From: Antedon mediterranea
Taxonomy: Eukaryota; Animalia; Echinodermata
DNA: 64,000 nt
Assembly (NCBI RefSeq): GCF_964355755.1
Contig: NC_092670.1
Location: 12,138,795-12,202,794 of the forward strand
Reading direction: 5' to 3'
How positions within the stretch are numbered: position 1 is the stretch's first letter; every line of letters begins with the position of its first letter. Position numbers and translations under genes: made by a program. Of this stretch, positions 1-12,000 are shown one piece after another. Below the pieces are notes generated by a model that had not been told where the DNA came from, searched no databases, and saw only the letters and a program-made list of their open reading frames with translations.

Positions 1-3000
1 GCACAATGAAGCCTTGACCTATGAACTTTAGTTTAGTCACATTTATTTTTTTTCCATACACCTCCATTTTATATTATAATACCTACCAAGCAGTACAACA
101 TCTTTTCCTTCATGTGCTGTCAAGATTTCTTTCTGGGTATCTTCCCATAATTCAGTAACTGCAGGCACAAGATATTTTCTCTGAATTCTATAGTAGGTGT
201 TGACATTCAGAATATGAAGTTTTAAAAACTTGGCCAGAAGAGCAATCTTTGCATAGTTGTTTCCAGAAGCTAAAAGTGCCGTAGACATTAACAAATCCCC
301 TCCATGCAATTTGTTCTTTAGAATTGGTAGAGAACACCATTTGTTGTTCAGGTGGCCATTTGTACAAATCTAAGTAGATCACAATAATATATTTATTAAA
401 TAAACCATTAAACCAATTTCATAAAATAAGTCATTTGACAAGCTGAAACACATTACATAGCAACCATCATTGTTTGATGGTACCATAGACTTGTTCATAA
501 ATTGGTTTCAGGAATTAATTAGAATTATGAATTATTAAATTAAGATAAAATGTTTACAAAAATTGAAAGTAAGACTTTTTACCCATTTGAAATACACAGC
601 AGAACCAACAAACTTTGAATGCAGATCAACAGGACTACTACAGGATTTTCTAGTACAAGATTTGTTGATTTTGATTTCTGCCAAGGTTTTCAAACAGTTT
701 AAGTACACTATGCAGGTTTCATCTTTTATAAGAAAGTCAGACTCTTCCATAATATCAATGTGTTTAACATAAGGGCTTTCAACTTCCACACCTTCAATGT
801 CCTCCTCAATCTGACTGGATGGATCATCATTTTCTGCCTCAATTTCAAATTCCTCTTCAACGAATGAGGTTTCTCTGAGGTTAAGTGCATTGTTGGGACT
901 GAAAAATGTATGTATGACTTAATTTCAAACATTAATTTTTTTTTAAATGATGCTTTACTGCATCACAATAAAGTTTAGGTTAAAGGAATAGATGATGACT
1001 TACCAAAGGCTTATGTCAAATGATGGTTCATATAAATCATAATCTTCATCTTCATCACAAGTGCTCTCTGACTCAGATTCACTTGACAAGTTAATGTCAA
1101 TGGTCATACTGAAAGAATAATAGTAATACTTGTGCAATGATGTCAACCTCTTAATTGTGTGATTAGAAACACTAGCAATCGAGGGGGAAAGGATTTTAAA
1201 CTATGTAATTAAAATTAATACATTGTAACATATAAAATGAAAAGTATACAGAATTCATTTACTTTAATATTTCAGCAGAGCATCTGGGTCTGTCCTCTTC
1301 TTTAATGTTGCTTATACTAAAAAAATAACAGTTTTAATGCCATTTTATTTCTCAATAACAGTAATCAGATTGGCATAGTGTATAAAGAGTGCAGGGTATT
1401 ATCAAGCCACAGACAAGGATTTTGCTGTGTTCATTCCATTGGAATTAAGTGAAACAGAAAAGTTAAAGCGCTGCAATTTTAGTTTAAACTTACCTTCCAT
1501 CTTCAGAAGCACTTGGAAAATCTATCAATTCCAGATATTGAAGAAATTCTAAAGAACAATTTATGATCGATGACAATTTCTATATTTTTTAGTTATATTT
1601 GTAGAGTTCCTATTGAGAAGTCAGTTAGTAGTGAGTGTTGAAGCCATGTAATCATGAGTGTAGAAAGCAACCGTTCACTATGTGAATCCCATGTGATCTA
1701 ATTTAAGTACGGTATTAATATTATTAGTAATATATTTCATAACAAAATTTGTATTATATCTAAATTTTCATACCTTGTATCTGAACCACCAGATAGTGTA
1801 GTTCTTAAATAAGCACCTTCTATAGGCGTCGATGTTGTAGGAAGGTGAGTAGAAACTGTTGTCCTGGTCGGCCCAGAAGCTGTGCTATGTCTTTCTGCAT
1901 GACTAAACGTAAAACAATAAAGCACAGTGTGAAGAGGTATAGAATAAGGGAAAACAATTTTACAATTTAAATAAAAAAAAAAATTAATATACCAAATCAT
2001 CAAATTAATACTGTACTAAAATTGACACTGGCTAGCCCTAGTAATGTAACAACAGAGGAGGTACCAAAGTTAATTCCCACTCTAGCTAGGAAAATAATTA
2101 TTTTACTAGCCCTGTTTGTGAAGGCCCTCACTACCAAACAGATGGTATTGTAATCAATTATCTACTTAAAATTCCAAGTCAAATGGTTAGGAGGTAAACC
2201 TTTTCGTCATGGGTGGCCAATTTTTTTATTAAAAAAAAATGGTAGGACCTGTGCTGTGTGTATGTTCAGCTAGGTAACCGGATCTATGATTTTAATTAGG
2301 CATAGGCCTAGCGGCTAGCTATTCTATGCTAGATTATATATAACACTAACACTAAAAGTATACTTTCTGTCTCAAAATACCTGCTGTACTACGAAAGGTG
2401 TGTTGTATTACTCTATCTACCTAGGCCTATCAATCCGCCTGTTTTCGAACGATTCATCTAATTGCAAAGGTAGGCAGGCCTAGTAGTAGTAGTAGTATAG
2501 GCTATATAGTAGTTAGTATAGATAGGCTAGCTAGGCCTAGCCTGCCCTGGAGGTCTAACCTAACCTATTTATTATTATTAGTATTATACTAAATTCAAAA
2601 TTATTAGGCTATCTATAACTCTGTGGAACTATAGTACCAATAATAATAATTATCATTACTTACTAGTATTGCCTATTTTACTAAATAAAAGGCCCTAACT
2701 AATCCCTAGAGCCGATGGACACTGTACTATTTCTAAAGAGAGAAGTTACCTGTCAAGCAAAAAATTTGCAACATCAGAATTACTTGCTAAATTATTTGCT
2801 TCTTTTACTACGGACCATCTCTGAAATGTATCGAAGTTTAGCAAAATTCTGCGAGCATTTGACGCTACATTACGTGTAAGTTTGCGCCTTTTCTTTTCCG
2901 ATGATCTCAATCCAGAATAAGGGCCTCGTTTACCCATCCTTTACCACGGGTTCGTCTCTCTCGTGATGAACGATGATAATCAACTCACACGTGTGTTCTC

Positions 3001-3281
3001 TTGCGGTACGTACAGAAATAAACAAGCCAAAAAAGGAGTCGTATGCATAATTCATTAGCAAGCGCGTTGCATTATGGGATATGTTTTGATCGAAAACTTT
3101 GACTGGAAGTCACAGTTTTTTTTTTAACAAAAAACCGTTTGTAATTCAGTTGAATGATTTTTTTTTCGACTAATTTTTATTGAAAGTTAAATTACTATTA
3201 TGATACTTCAAATTGACCCATTTTTTTTCGAAATCTGTTATTTTTTATTTTTTTGGAATTAGTCAAAGGGACAATACATCT
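1..3281 (-). mobile_element. Kolobok-superfamily DNA transposon (5' part; runs off the window start), inserted in the thioesterase intron
   Basis: The minus strand reads TTAA|AGATGTATTGTCCC (TTAA at 3282-3285), matching Kolobok TTAA TSD and RR..YY termini. The interior encodes a spliced Kolobok-type transposase N-terminal half. The other terminus is not in the window. Confidence 0.7.
87..2937 (-). pseudogene. Spliced Kolobok-type DDE transposase, N-terminal half, with one apparent frameshift
   Basis: GT-AG exons 2937-2750, 1902-1774, 1548-1494, 1316-1263, 1108-1004, 898-583 and 369-87 give MGKRG...FQRWSVVK...VANFLLD, an acidic linker, C..C...KW|ICTNGH...WCSLP, and GDLLMSTALLASGNNYAKI...TYYRIQRKYLVPAV...W...Q...DVVLLG, ending just before the expected GDGRxDSPG catalytic motif. 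The 55-bp exon 1548-1494 breaks the frame. Confidence 0.7.
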
Positions 3282-3489
3282 TTAATATTTGATAAGATAG
3301 TAAGTGTAAAATGTTAGACCTTCTAGTCTCTAGATTATCATTTATTTTTGTGTAGAGGCACAAGAGGCTCACTAAAGTCAAAATCTAATAAGCCAAATGA
3401 TCCGTATAAACACTGGATATGCTAATTATTCTGAAGTCTTATCCATTTCTTGACTTTATTGTTATTGCATGACCTGTGATCTTTCGTAC

Positions 3490-3619
3490 CTTCTATGGAG
3501 TCAGATAAAGTTTTAGCCCAATTTACATAATAATTTGTTCCACCTCCAGCCCACGGAAAGCAGAATAAACGAAGCTGAGAATTTGGTCGTGTATGGCGAC
3601 AATTAATCATGCTCTCCAT
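3490..3619 (-). CDS. OLAH: First coding exon of a type II thioesterase (medium-chain S-acyl fatty acid synthase thioesterase / OLAH-like)
   Basis: MESMINCRHTRPNSQLRLFCFPWAGGGTNYYVNWAKTLSDSIE contains the RLFCFPxAGGG...W motif of TEII enzymes. Acceptor ttttag lies at 3621-3626 and donor GAAG|GTACG at 3489. Later exons must lie left of the window. Confidence 0.85.
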
Positions 3620-5081
3620 CCTAAAAAAAAATATATTTTAGTTTTTACAAAAATAAAATGTATTATAATTATTAATATTAAATTTATATATTAAATTAGG
3701 CTAGGTCTAAGTATGCCATGGGCAAACTCATACAATTATATGTCTACCTAATTTAGCAATAGAACCTAATTTCGCGTGACACCGGTGAGGGGGAAATCCC
3801 AGTGAGACACGCACCCAGTCACACTTCCGACAGGGCGCAGGAGGCCAGTAGCCAGGCTCACAATATTAAATCACAGATAGCTTGGAGTAGAGGCCTAGCC
3901 ACATTGTAGCTTCTATCTAGCTGCTTAGCTTAGCCTATACATAAGAATCGAATGCTGTTTCGTCTCGCTTTTTCAGAGATAAATCACAAGTAACGTAAAA
4001 TTAGCAAAACATTTATGCTTAAATAAAGAAATAATATCCTAAAAAGCTTAGGCCTAGGCCTACCTACCTTATCAACATAAAACACTCAACAACCAGTGCA
4101 GTATCAACATGTTTTTGTTTAGCGCCACCTATAACTACTACTTTTTACATAAACTTTCACAACAATGAGGAAATTATTTATATAAATATTTCTAATAAAA
4201 AACGCCGCTTGACATTTTGACGTGTCATTAAAGGATGTTTTTAAAAATTGATATTCTATTTAATAATATAAGAAATAATGATTCATTATCGTAAATTGTA
4301 TTTGTTTAACAATCAGCAGGCCTAGCCTAGTAAACATTTATACATCTCATAGACTCTGTTCTCACAGCTCTGGGGTTTGAGCATGCCCAGTCCGAATATT
4401 CGTAGTAAACAATAAGCTACCACATATTATGCTAACTGTTTCCTAATTATTCCGCCGTTCTCTTGAATATAGCCTAAAGGAGCGGCGCAATCATTTTTAT
4501 CTGTACATAATATTTATATATATATATATATATTTAGATTCAAATTTTAGATTGTTCAATTTGATGCTGCGCAATTTTTAAATGTTTATCTTTGTATTTT
4601 ATTGTTTACTTATGTTCAAGTGCAGTATATGGAGATCCATCTCAATAGTGCTTTGCACTCATGGCAATCCTCAGGGTGCTACACCGCTGTCTTGTTGTCA
4701 TGTATTTTTGTGCCTGAAAATTGAATAAATAAAATAAATTAAAAAATTAGTATTTTAATAGATTTAATAACCTCTTGAATATAACTGCCTAAAAGCGCCC
4801 GCGACAAAATATATACAAAAATGTTCATCCTAGAATAAACTAATACGTCCAAGAAGAGCAATAATATCATGACGTCATTTAATTGGATTTTCTTTTTAAA
4901 TTAAAAGACAACATAAATGGTTATCCAATAAAAATGTTTCTAACGTTTTACTTAGAATTTTCTCTTTTTTTGTAAAATTCATGTTAGTGCCATAATAATT
5001 TTAATTAAAGCTCATCTCCATTTCGTAATTACCAAATCTTGTCATCGTCAAATTAGATTCTTTGTTTTCAATATTTTAATA

Positions 5082-5606
5082 TACGGCTTTACCACCACGT
5101 TGAAACACCGGTTCTCGTCAGATCACCGAAGTTAAGCAACGCTGGGCCTGGTTAGAGCTTGGATGGGAGATCATCTGTGAATAACGGGTGTTGTATTATG
5201 GAGCTGGGGTCCCGTTTGGCATTTGAAATCAGCATTGCTGACTCGTATGGCAGCCCTGAATCTAGTATCTGCCTCAGACGTATTGGCCCATGCCTTTCCT
5301 CTGCTGGTCAGGGTGGACACTGGACGAGAGAAGCTCTTAATCAATGTTAGGACCAATCAAGGTGCTTTAAATAGTTCTGGCTTTGTTTGTATCAAAACCT
5401 GTTTTTTATTGAAAAAAAAAAGCCATGACAAAACACTATATTTCATGTTATGTATAATTTATTTGTATTTTTCTTGTATATGGTTTTATCTTTAACTGAT
5501 TGTATTGTATGGAGTGAGTGCAGAATCTGTTTGGGCTTTAGCCTATTCTCATTCCTGGTTATTTTTACATTGATGACCGAATAAATATTATTATTATTAT
5601 TATTAT
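5082..5606 (+). mobile_element. 5S rRNA-derived SINE (SINE3-like): diverged 5S head ~5082-5197, unrelated body, (ATT)n tail
   Basis: ACCACGTTGAAACACCGGTTCTCGTCAGATCACCGAAGTTAAGCAACGCTGGGCCTGGTTAG..CTTGGATGGG..GAATA..GGTGTTGTA follows animal 5S rRNA but with substitutions and no oligo-T terminator. It continues ~400 bp to AATAAA plus (TTA)n. Confidence 0.8.
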
Positions 5607-8252
5607 GAGATTAGATAATAAAATAAAACAAAACACAGACGTTTTTCACTGACTGATATCTTTATTTATTTATTATAAAATTAAGCTATATTACACACTT
5701 TTCCTTTTCTGGTGGGATTATCTCTCATTCATTGGCACCCCATTAGGCCTATAGCTTTAACTTAAGTAATCGATATCTAGAATTTAGCACGATAACACAA
5801 GGAAGATAACTTCACATTGTACGTACTAGCTCATTTACTTATAAAAAGTGACACGTTTGGCAACTTTCACACATCAATACTGTTATTGTTTATCATTAAT
5901 ATCAAGAAATATATTTATCATGTGTTTAGGCATATAGCAAAAAAAAACAACAGAACCCAGTGGGTACCGATATTCCAACAGTGCATTATTCAGCCTAGCA
6001 CTAATCAACCGTTGATAATTATTATACTATAACCAGGGAGTTCAACTCCCTGCTATAAAAATTATTGACACGGACTGTGTGTCCGCCACCGTTGGGCCTC
6101 TGTTTGACGATGTTTCCAACTTGGATTTGTAATCGTATTCAGAACTAAGGTGTTTATTAGTATAGGCGACCCTATAATCCAATACGACAGGAATATAAAT
6201 AGGATCTATGTATGCGAATATTAACAATTAAATACGATGGGAAATAGTGTATAAAAGTAATATTATATAATTCAACTTTTGCTTCTTATACATAATACCT
6301 TGAAAATAAATGTTGGAATGAGAGGAAGGGAATCGTTCTATTGATTCGTCTGAAGATTTTCAGTAACCTTGCGAATGCAGACCCAATTCGTAAACGGAAA
6401 CAAGAATATGCTATATTTTACTGTACAGGGCCGACGAAATTCCGTTTTACGGTACCTATCATCCATTTGAGTGGAATTCACTTCTAACTTGAGTTAACTT
6501 TAATAATATTCTCTTTATTTGGGAACGGTATTATTCATTAATAACAATGAAAGTAAAAATAGTAAAATAGTAACAAATATAGGCCTACAATAATAATTAC
6601 ATTCGTTTCGTTATTGTCTAATAATCGGGTTATTGCAATTGTATTTAATTTATAACCTTAAATTCAATTGATAAAGTATTATATATAAATTTTTTTTGTA
6701 GACATTTAAAAATTATCATTAAACACTATTAACAATAGCGATGAAACGTCACAATCTTTTGTTATTATTTTTACCAAGCCGTATTTTTCTTATCTTACAC
6801 AGTGATGTAGCAAAACAATTCAACAAATGAACGTTAGTATAATATTTTACTTCGGCTGATAATAATAGGCCTACACTCATGGCCCATAAAATAAATTAAT
6901 ATACACTTCCACCTAAAAATAAAATTGTATTCACTAAACTATACTTAGTCCCGCACCATAAATTAAAATAGTTGAATGAGCTGATTATATTAAATTCTAT
7001 TCCAACATTTCAGTTAGTTTAGCTTTGACACTTGGTTTAGCTGCAATTAACGTAAACAATAAAATTATTAAAAACGCATGATAAAATTACGCGGAATTTA
7101 TAAAAACATATACACCTTTTATTTATTTCAGTTACTTATAAAATTAGATTACGTCACAATGACAACTCGAAACGACACATAGTACGTCGCGACGACAATC
7201 AATGGTACGCCACAGTACAATTTAAACGATTATAGGTAAATGCTATGGGACGCCGTTTATGAAATTGGCGTAAATAACATTTACAATTAAATTGATAGAA
7301 CATCAAATAAAAAGTCTATATTCTACAGTTTATCTTATGCAGGAATATAATATGATAATGATTAGCTAAACGTCATAACTCTGATCAATCGCAAACTGTT
7401 CCAGACGACCAAGTCGATTCATTATTCATTCTCATCAATGACGTCATTGGAATTATATAAAAATAGAAATTTTTACACTGAAAGACAAATTAATATAGGA
7501 ATGTATGATGTCACAATGTTTGTTTCCATCGTAGTCAGACAAGCAAGCAAAACCTTGGCGGGCAAATCGTCTCTCTTTTCACATGGTGTTATCGTCTGCT
7601 CGGGTAAATTATGAGCCTGAAAACTATTCAATCATGCAGATAGGTGTTTTGAGAAAAGGGTAAAAGTTGATTCCCAATTACCATGAGGCGCAATACGACG
7701 TGATTAAGACGTAGGCCCTCGTGCAACGCAAGTAATTTGAATAATCACAATGCTTGTGATTGGTCAAATTACTCACGTGTTGCTTTCTACCTAAAAACCA
7801 AGCGCAGTTAACGTTTTTTGCAAAGAGACTTTGAGTTGATACTTTGAATTATTGATTAATTCTACCTTTTCATAATTCCTTCTTCGCAGTCAAATTGACT
7901 GTTAGGAAACGCATCAATCAGATATCGTCTTCAGTCATATTATTCTATAGCATTGTAATGATACGATTTTAAAAGTACTTCGCCGTCTTCAGACATACAA
8001 TATAAAGACATTGGCATCGCGAAGATTGGCACATAACAACAGTTCCATTAAAGGTCTATACAAACAACATAATATACATATTATTCTATATACAAATATC
8101 TCGGCAGCATTTTGTCCAAGTTAAAATATGTTGGCAGAGTTTCCAAATTGAAACATCACCCATCCACGTGGTAAAAGAACCATTCAAAAATTCACACTTA
8201 ACGTCTTCTCTGGTCAACTGCCATCATTTCCATATTCAGCACAACACGTATA

Positions 8253-9038
8253 TCAAAGCTGCGTGCCTATAGCCAAACCTTTTGGAATGATCATACTGTT
8301 TTTATGTTTAACGTCCAAGCACAATTCGTCTGATAAAGATGTGTCATCCGTTTCTTTAGTCATAAGTGCAGAGTACTCCGTATCTCCATCTCCGACGCAA
8401 TCGTCAGCAGGCCGTGGTTCAGCCTCGTCTGTAAGCCTATTCTGCAACAGTGCTTCCTGTTCGTCCTCCGGTTCTGAAGATTCGCGACACTGCTCTTTAT
8501 TTGTTAAAATATCTTTTTCTTTCGACGGCGTTAAATTTATTTCTACTGCTTTCAATCCAGAATCATTCGATTCACTATATGTTGGTAATTTATTAACAGA
8601 TCCATTGTTAGACACAACTTTCAGATTTTGATTTGTATCTGGATGTTTCTCGTGGTAGACAACGGAGTTCTCAGATTTGCTGTACGAGTTCTCTTGTCCA
8701 GTGCTTACCTCAGATATGGACTCAAACCCTGGTTTAGTAAAGCACTTCTCACTGGTAATACCATCTAACGAACTTTGGCGTGTACTCGCGTCAAAAGAAT
8801 TCGCGGTCATCATATTATAACCCTCGTTCTTTTGTGTCTTGGTGAAGTTGCAACAACCGACTTTTGAATTATTCCTTGCCTTGTCGAAAACAACATTATT
8901 GTCACCGTTGTGTTTGGCGTACATAGCGCTAACGATACTGTTTTGGCGGGAATGAGACCCGCGTCGCGATACTTGCCGAGTGGGCAACGACTGCTCCTCT
9001 CTCCAATGATGAATTTTTCGTTTGATTACCCTTTTTAC
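8253..9038 (-). CDS. GPCR last exon: helix 8 and a long disordered C-terminal tail
   Basis: Acceptor tgtcag|GTAAAA at 9038; open frame VKRVIKRKIHHW... to the stop at 8253. Confidence 0.9.
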   Translation of the reverse strand, partial: VKRVIKRKIHHWREEQSLPTRQVSRRGSHSRQNSIVSAMYAKHNGDNNVVFDKARNNSKVGCCNFTKTQKNEGYNMMTANSFDASTRQSSLDGITSEKCFTKPGFESISEVSTGQENSYSKSENSVVYHEKHPDTNQNLKVVSNNGSVNKLPTYSESNDSGLKAVEINLTPSKEKDILTNKEQCRESSEPEDEQEALLQNRLTDEAEPRPADDCVGDGDTEYSALMTKETDDTSLSDELCLDVKHKNSMIIPKGLAIGTQL

Positions 9039-12000
9039 CTGACAAAAGATAAAGAAGACATGTATTATTACGGAAGGATGGTTTTGATTTGGGGACATGT
9101 GAAATTTGTGTTCCTGCGCCCAATGTTGGCACAACATGGTAATTTACAATTTCTGTAGACGTGTGTTTCTTCAATCTTGTATATTATACTATGAATTGAA
9201 AATATCGCGGAACATTCTCACTTATCTCCAACACCCCCAGGCAACCACATGAACATCTGGCAATAGTAAATCTAGCTTAGTAATCTTTTTTGTACTTGAA
9301 GTACTTTAAATCAAGAAGTAAAGTTTAAGCACACAGTGCTGATATGAAGTACAACCTTATTATTAAGGGAACCATTCAGGACCAAACAAAGTCTACCCTA
9401 CGAAGTTTTTACTAGCAGTGGGTGTTCCTAGAATATGGGTTGGCTAAAGTTAAATCATGTTATTAGCCTTCGTTCGTTTCTCGGGAAGTGTCCTATTAAT
9501 GGGTGTCCCCGGGGCTGTCCCACACCAAGGTTCTAATGTAGTTTTGCAATAACTATGCCTTACCTCTTGGTTGCAAAAGACATATATCAAGACGACAAAA
9601 AAGCCCTCAAACGAATGAAGCAAAGCGTTACTGATAACCACGGATGGATGGTTACCACCACCAGTATTGAAGACGTAAACAATTCCAGTAACCCCAAGTA
9701 GCGGTAAGAGAAGGACGATGCCACGTAAAGCTTTCCTGAAACGACAAATAACAATTCATCGACAAGTTAGGTGATCTGACAACAAGCGAAAGAAAACAAT
9801 GGCAAGTGGTGGTCCAAACCTCCTCCAGTCTCAGTCCTTGGTCTAATTTATGTCCTTATTGTGTTCCTTGATAGGTTCACGTCCCGATAACGCGGTATTA
9901 GTTTTGACCAGACATTCCAATTTGGAAAAATGAAATATCGAGGGCGCTGTAACAATGCATCAAACCATAGAGGGCTATTATAATCTATAATTGTAAACAT
10001 GGGTACTGATGTCTGGCGTAACCTTATTTCACTTAATAAAAAACGCATGAGTTGTGTAGGCCTACAGATATTACTACTGTATGTATTAAATTCTCTCGAG
10101 TAAATTTATACATAAATAAATCACGGAGTTTTTTTTGGTTTATCCAAAATATCGGGATAAATTGCATTGTAGCGGGAGAGCGGGTGATGACTCGAAATTT
10201 AGGGGATGTTGACACCCTTCGGTCGGCACGTCGAGTCAATATCCATGGCCTCTTTCGCAAGATTGGCGTCATCGGTACTATACCAGTCACTACCGGTATC
10301 CAGAGGTTCTCCTATTGGTCGGATTGGTTAATCAAGAAGTAAAGAGAAGTATGTCGTCATAGTTGATGTGTATTATGATTCAATCAATACATACCTGTAC
10401 TGTTTGGTTTCAAACGAATGCGATGCCTTAAGTTTCGTCATTAAAATGAAACTAATGTGAAATAAGAAGAAGCAATTCGTCTGTAACACAAAGAAATAAA
10501 CATAATAATATATAGAACAATATTTATATATTACATTATTGTTTTTTGTAAACTATCAACTCCAATTGATTGACAATGACAGTTATTTAAAAGAATTCAG
10601 ATGGATCTGTATGTGGCATAGGCTAGGTAACAACGCTACTGCCTAGTTCACATTTACTTACGTATACTACACCATGGAGAAAAAAAATTGTTCCATGGTT
10701 ACGTCAGCTACTTACTCCGTATGTGTGATAACAAAGTGAGAGGGAATGGACTGAATTGACACCTGTGTAACCAAATAAGCCTCACCATTGCGTACGCTAC
10801 ACATAACCTTAGACTTGCCGTAAGTCTGTAGTTTATTGGTTTATGTTAGTCCACCAGTCGGCGTTTCGATTTTTGTTCTGAATACTAGGAGCTCATGTAT
10901 TATACTTATGAAACGCCATATATGCCAACATATTTATCTTTTTACTAATTTCGGTCTAGAACCAAACAACACATAACACCAACTGCACAATATAATTATT
11001 GTTTCTGTATTCAAAATTGTAAAACTTTACTTACCACCAATATGGCAATAACTGGTCCAACAAATATGAATTCAAGGTATTCAACAGAGCCCTTTATGGG
11101 TTCACCATTGTCGTCATACAGGTCAGCCCCAACAGATGCCCAACATCTGCAATAAAGAACATAATGGAGTATAAAAGGAGGTTTCAAGAAGTCTCTTAAA
11201 ACTCGCAGGAGTCTGACTAATGTTTTCCCACTCGCTGGAAAAAAGCCTTTATCCAAATGCAACTAACTAAAGCTTGGTATTATACGCAGAGCACGAAAAA
11301 AAGTCGAACATAATAATCAACTCTCGCTTGTGATTGGTCAAATTAAATTGCGCATACGTCCTACGTTGCATCACAGCTGGAGCCATAATTTAAAACAACG
11401 TTAGTCAAGTTTTGATAACTTATTCGCTGCAACAAAAAAACTGAATTAATTTTTATTCTTACCCTACGCCAAGTTGAAGTTCACATATTGCATAAACAAT
11501 AGTAATTATTAACGGAATTCCTGAAAATACAAAAGAAATTAATTAATTTTGTTTATATTATTTTTTTCTTTTTATTTTGTTTACAGTTTTTAATTAGGTG
11601 TCGTAACAACAATTTCTTAAGTTAATGCGTTCTATAATTAATGCAAAGTGCCTTTTGTTTTTTTGATAGTGTGTAAAAATACATGTTACATGATTCATGT
11701 ACATACAAAGTTGTATATTCTTACCCCATCCAATAAGACAATACTTGATAATCGTCATTTTCTCAGGTTTCAGGGCCATGACAACCAAAGTATACAAGTA
11801 TAGTCCTTCGACAAACATCCAGAAGAAGTTTGTACATTGAGCGTATATGATCAATGTCATCAGAATACGACATACAGTCTGAAAATTAAAGAAAATACTA
11901 TGAAAAAATCCACAATAGAGATACAACATAGATGCAGAAACATACATAAGATAACAACACATAAGATATTCCACTTAATAAAACGTAACGACAAATTTGC

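Noticed and set aside
5082-5197. Functional 5S rRNA gene
   Set aside because: Many substitutions, broken terminal helix, no T-run terminator, and it continues into a SINE-like body and tail.
8263-9158. Plus-strand ORFs of 122 and 82 aa
   Set aside because: Antisense shadows of the GPCR last exon.
10673-10697. CATGGAG..TTCCATG hairpin as another P-type footprint
   Set aside because: The ends fit, but the flanking 7-mers (actacac / gttacgt) match at only 3 of 7 positions. It may be an old copy but was not counted.
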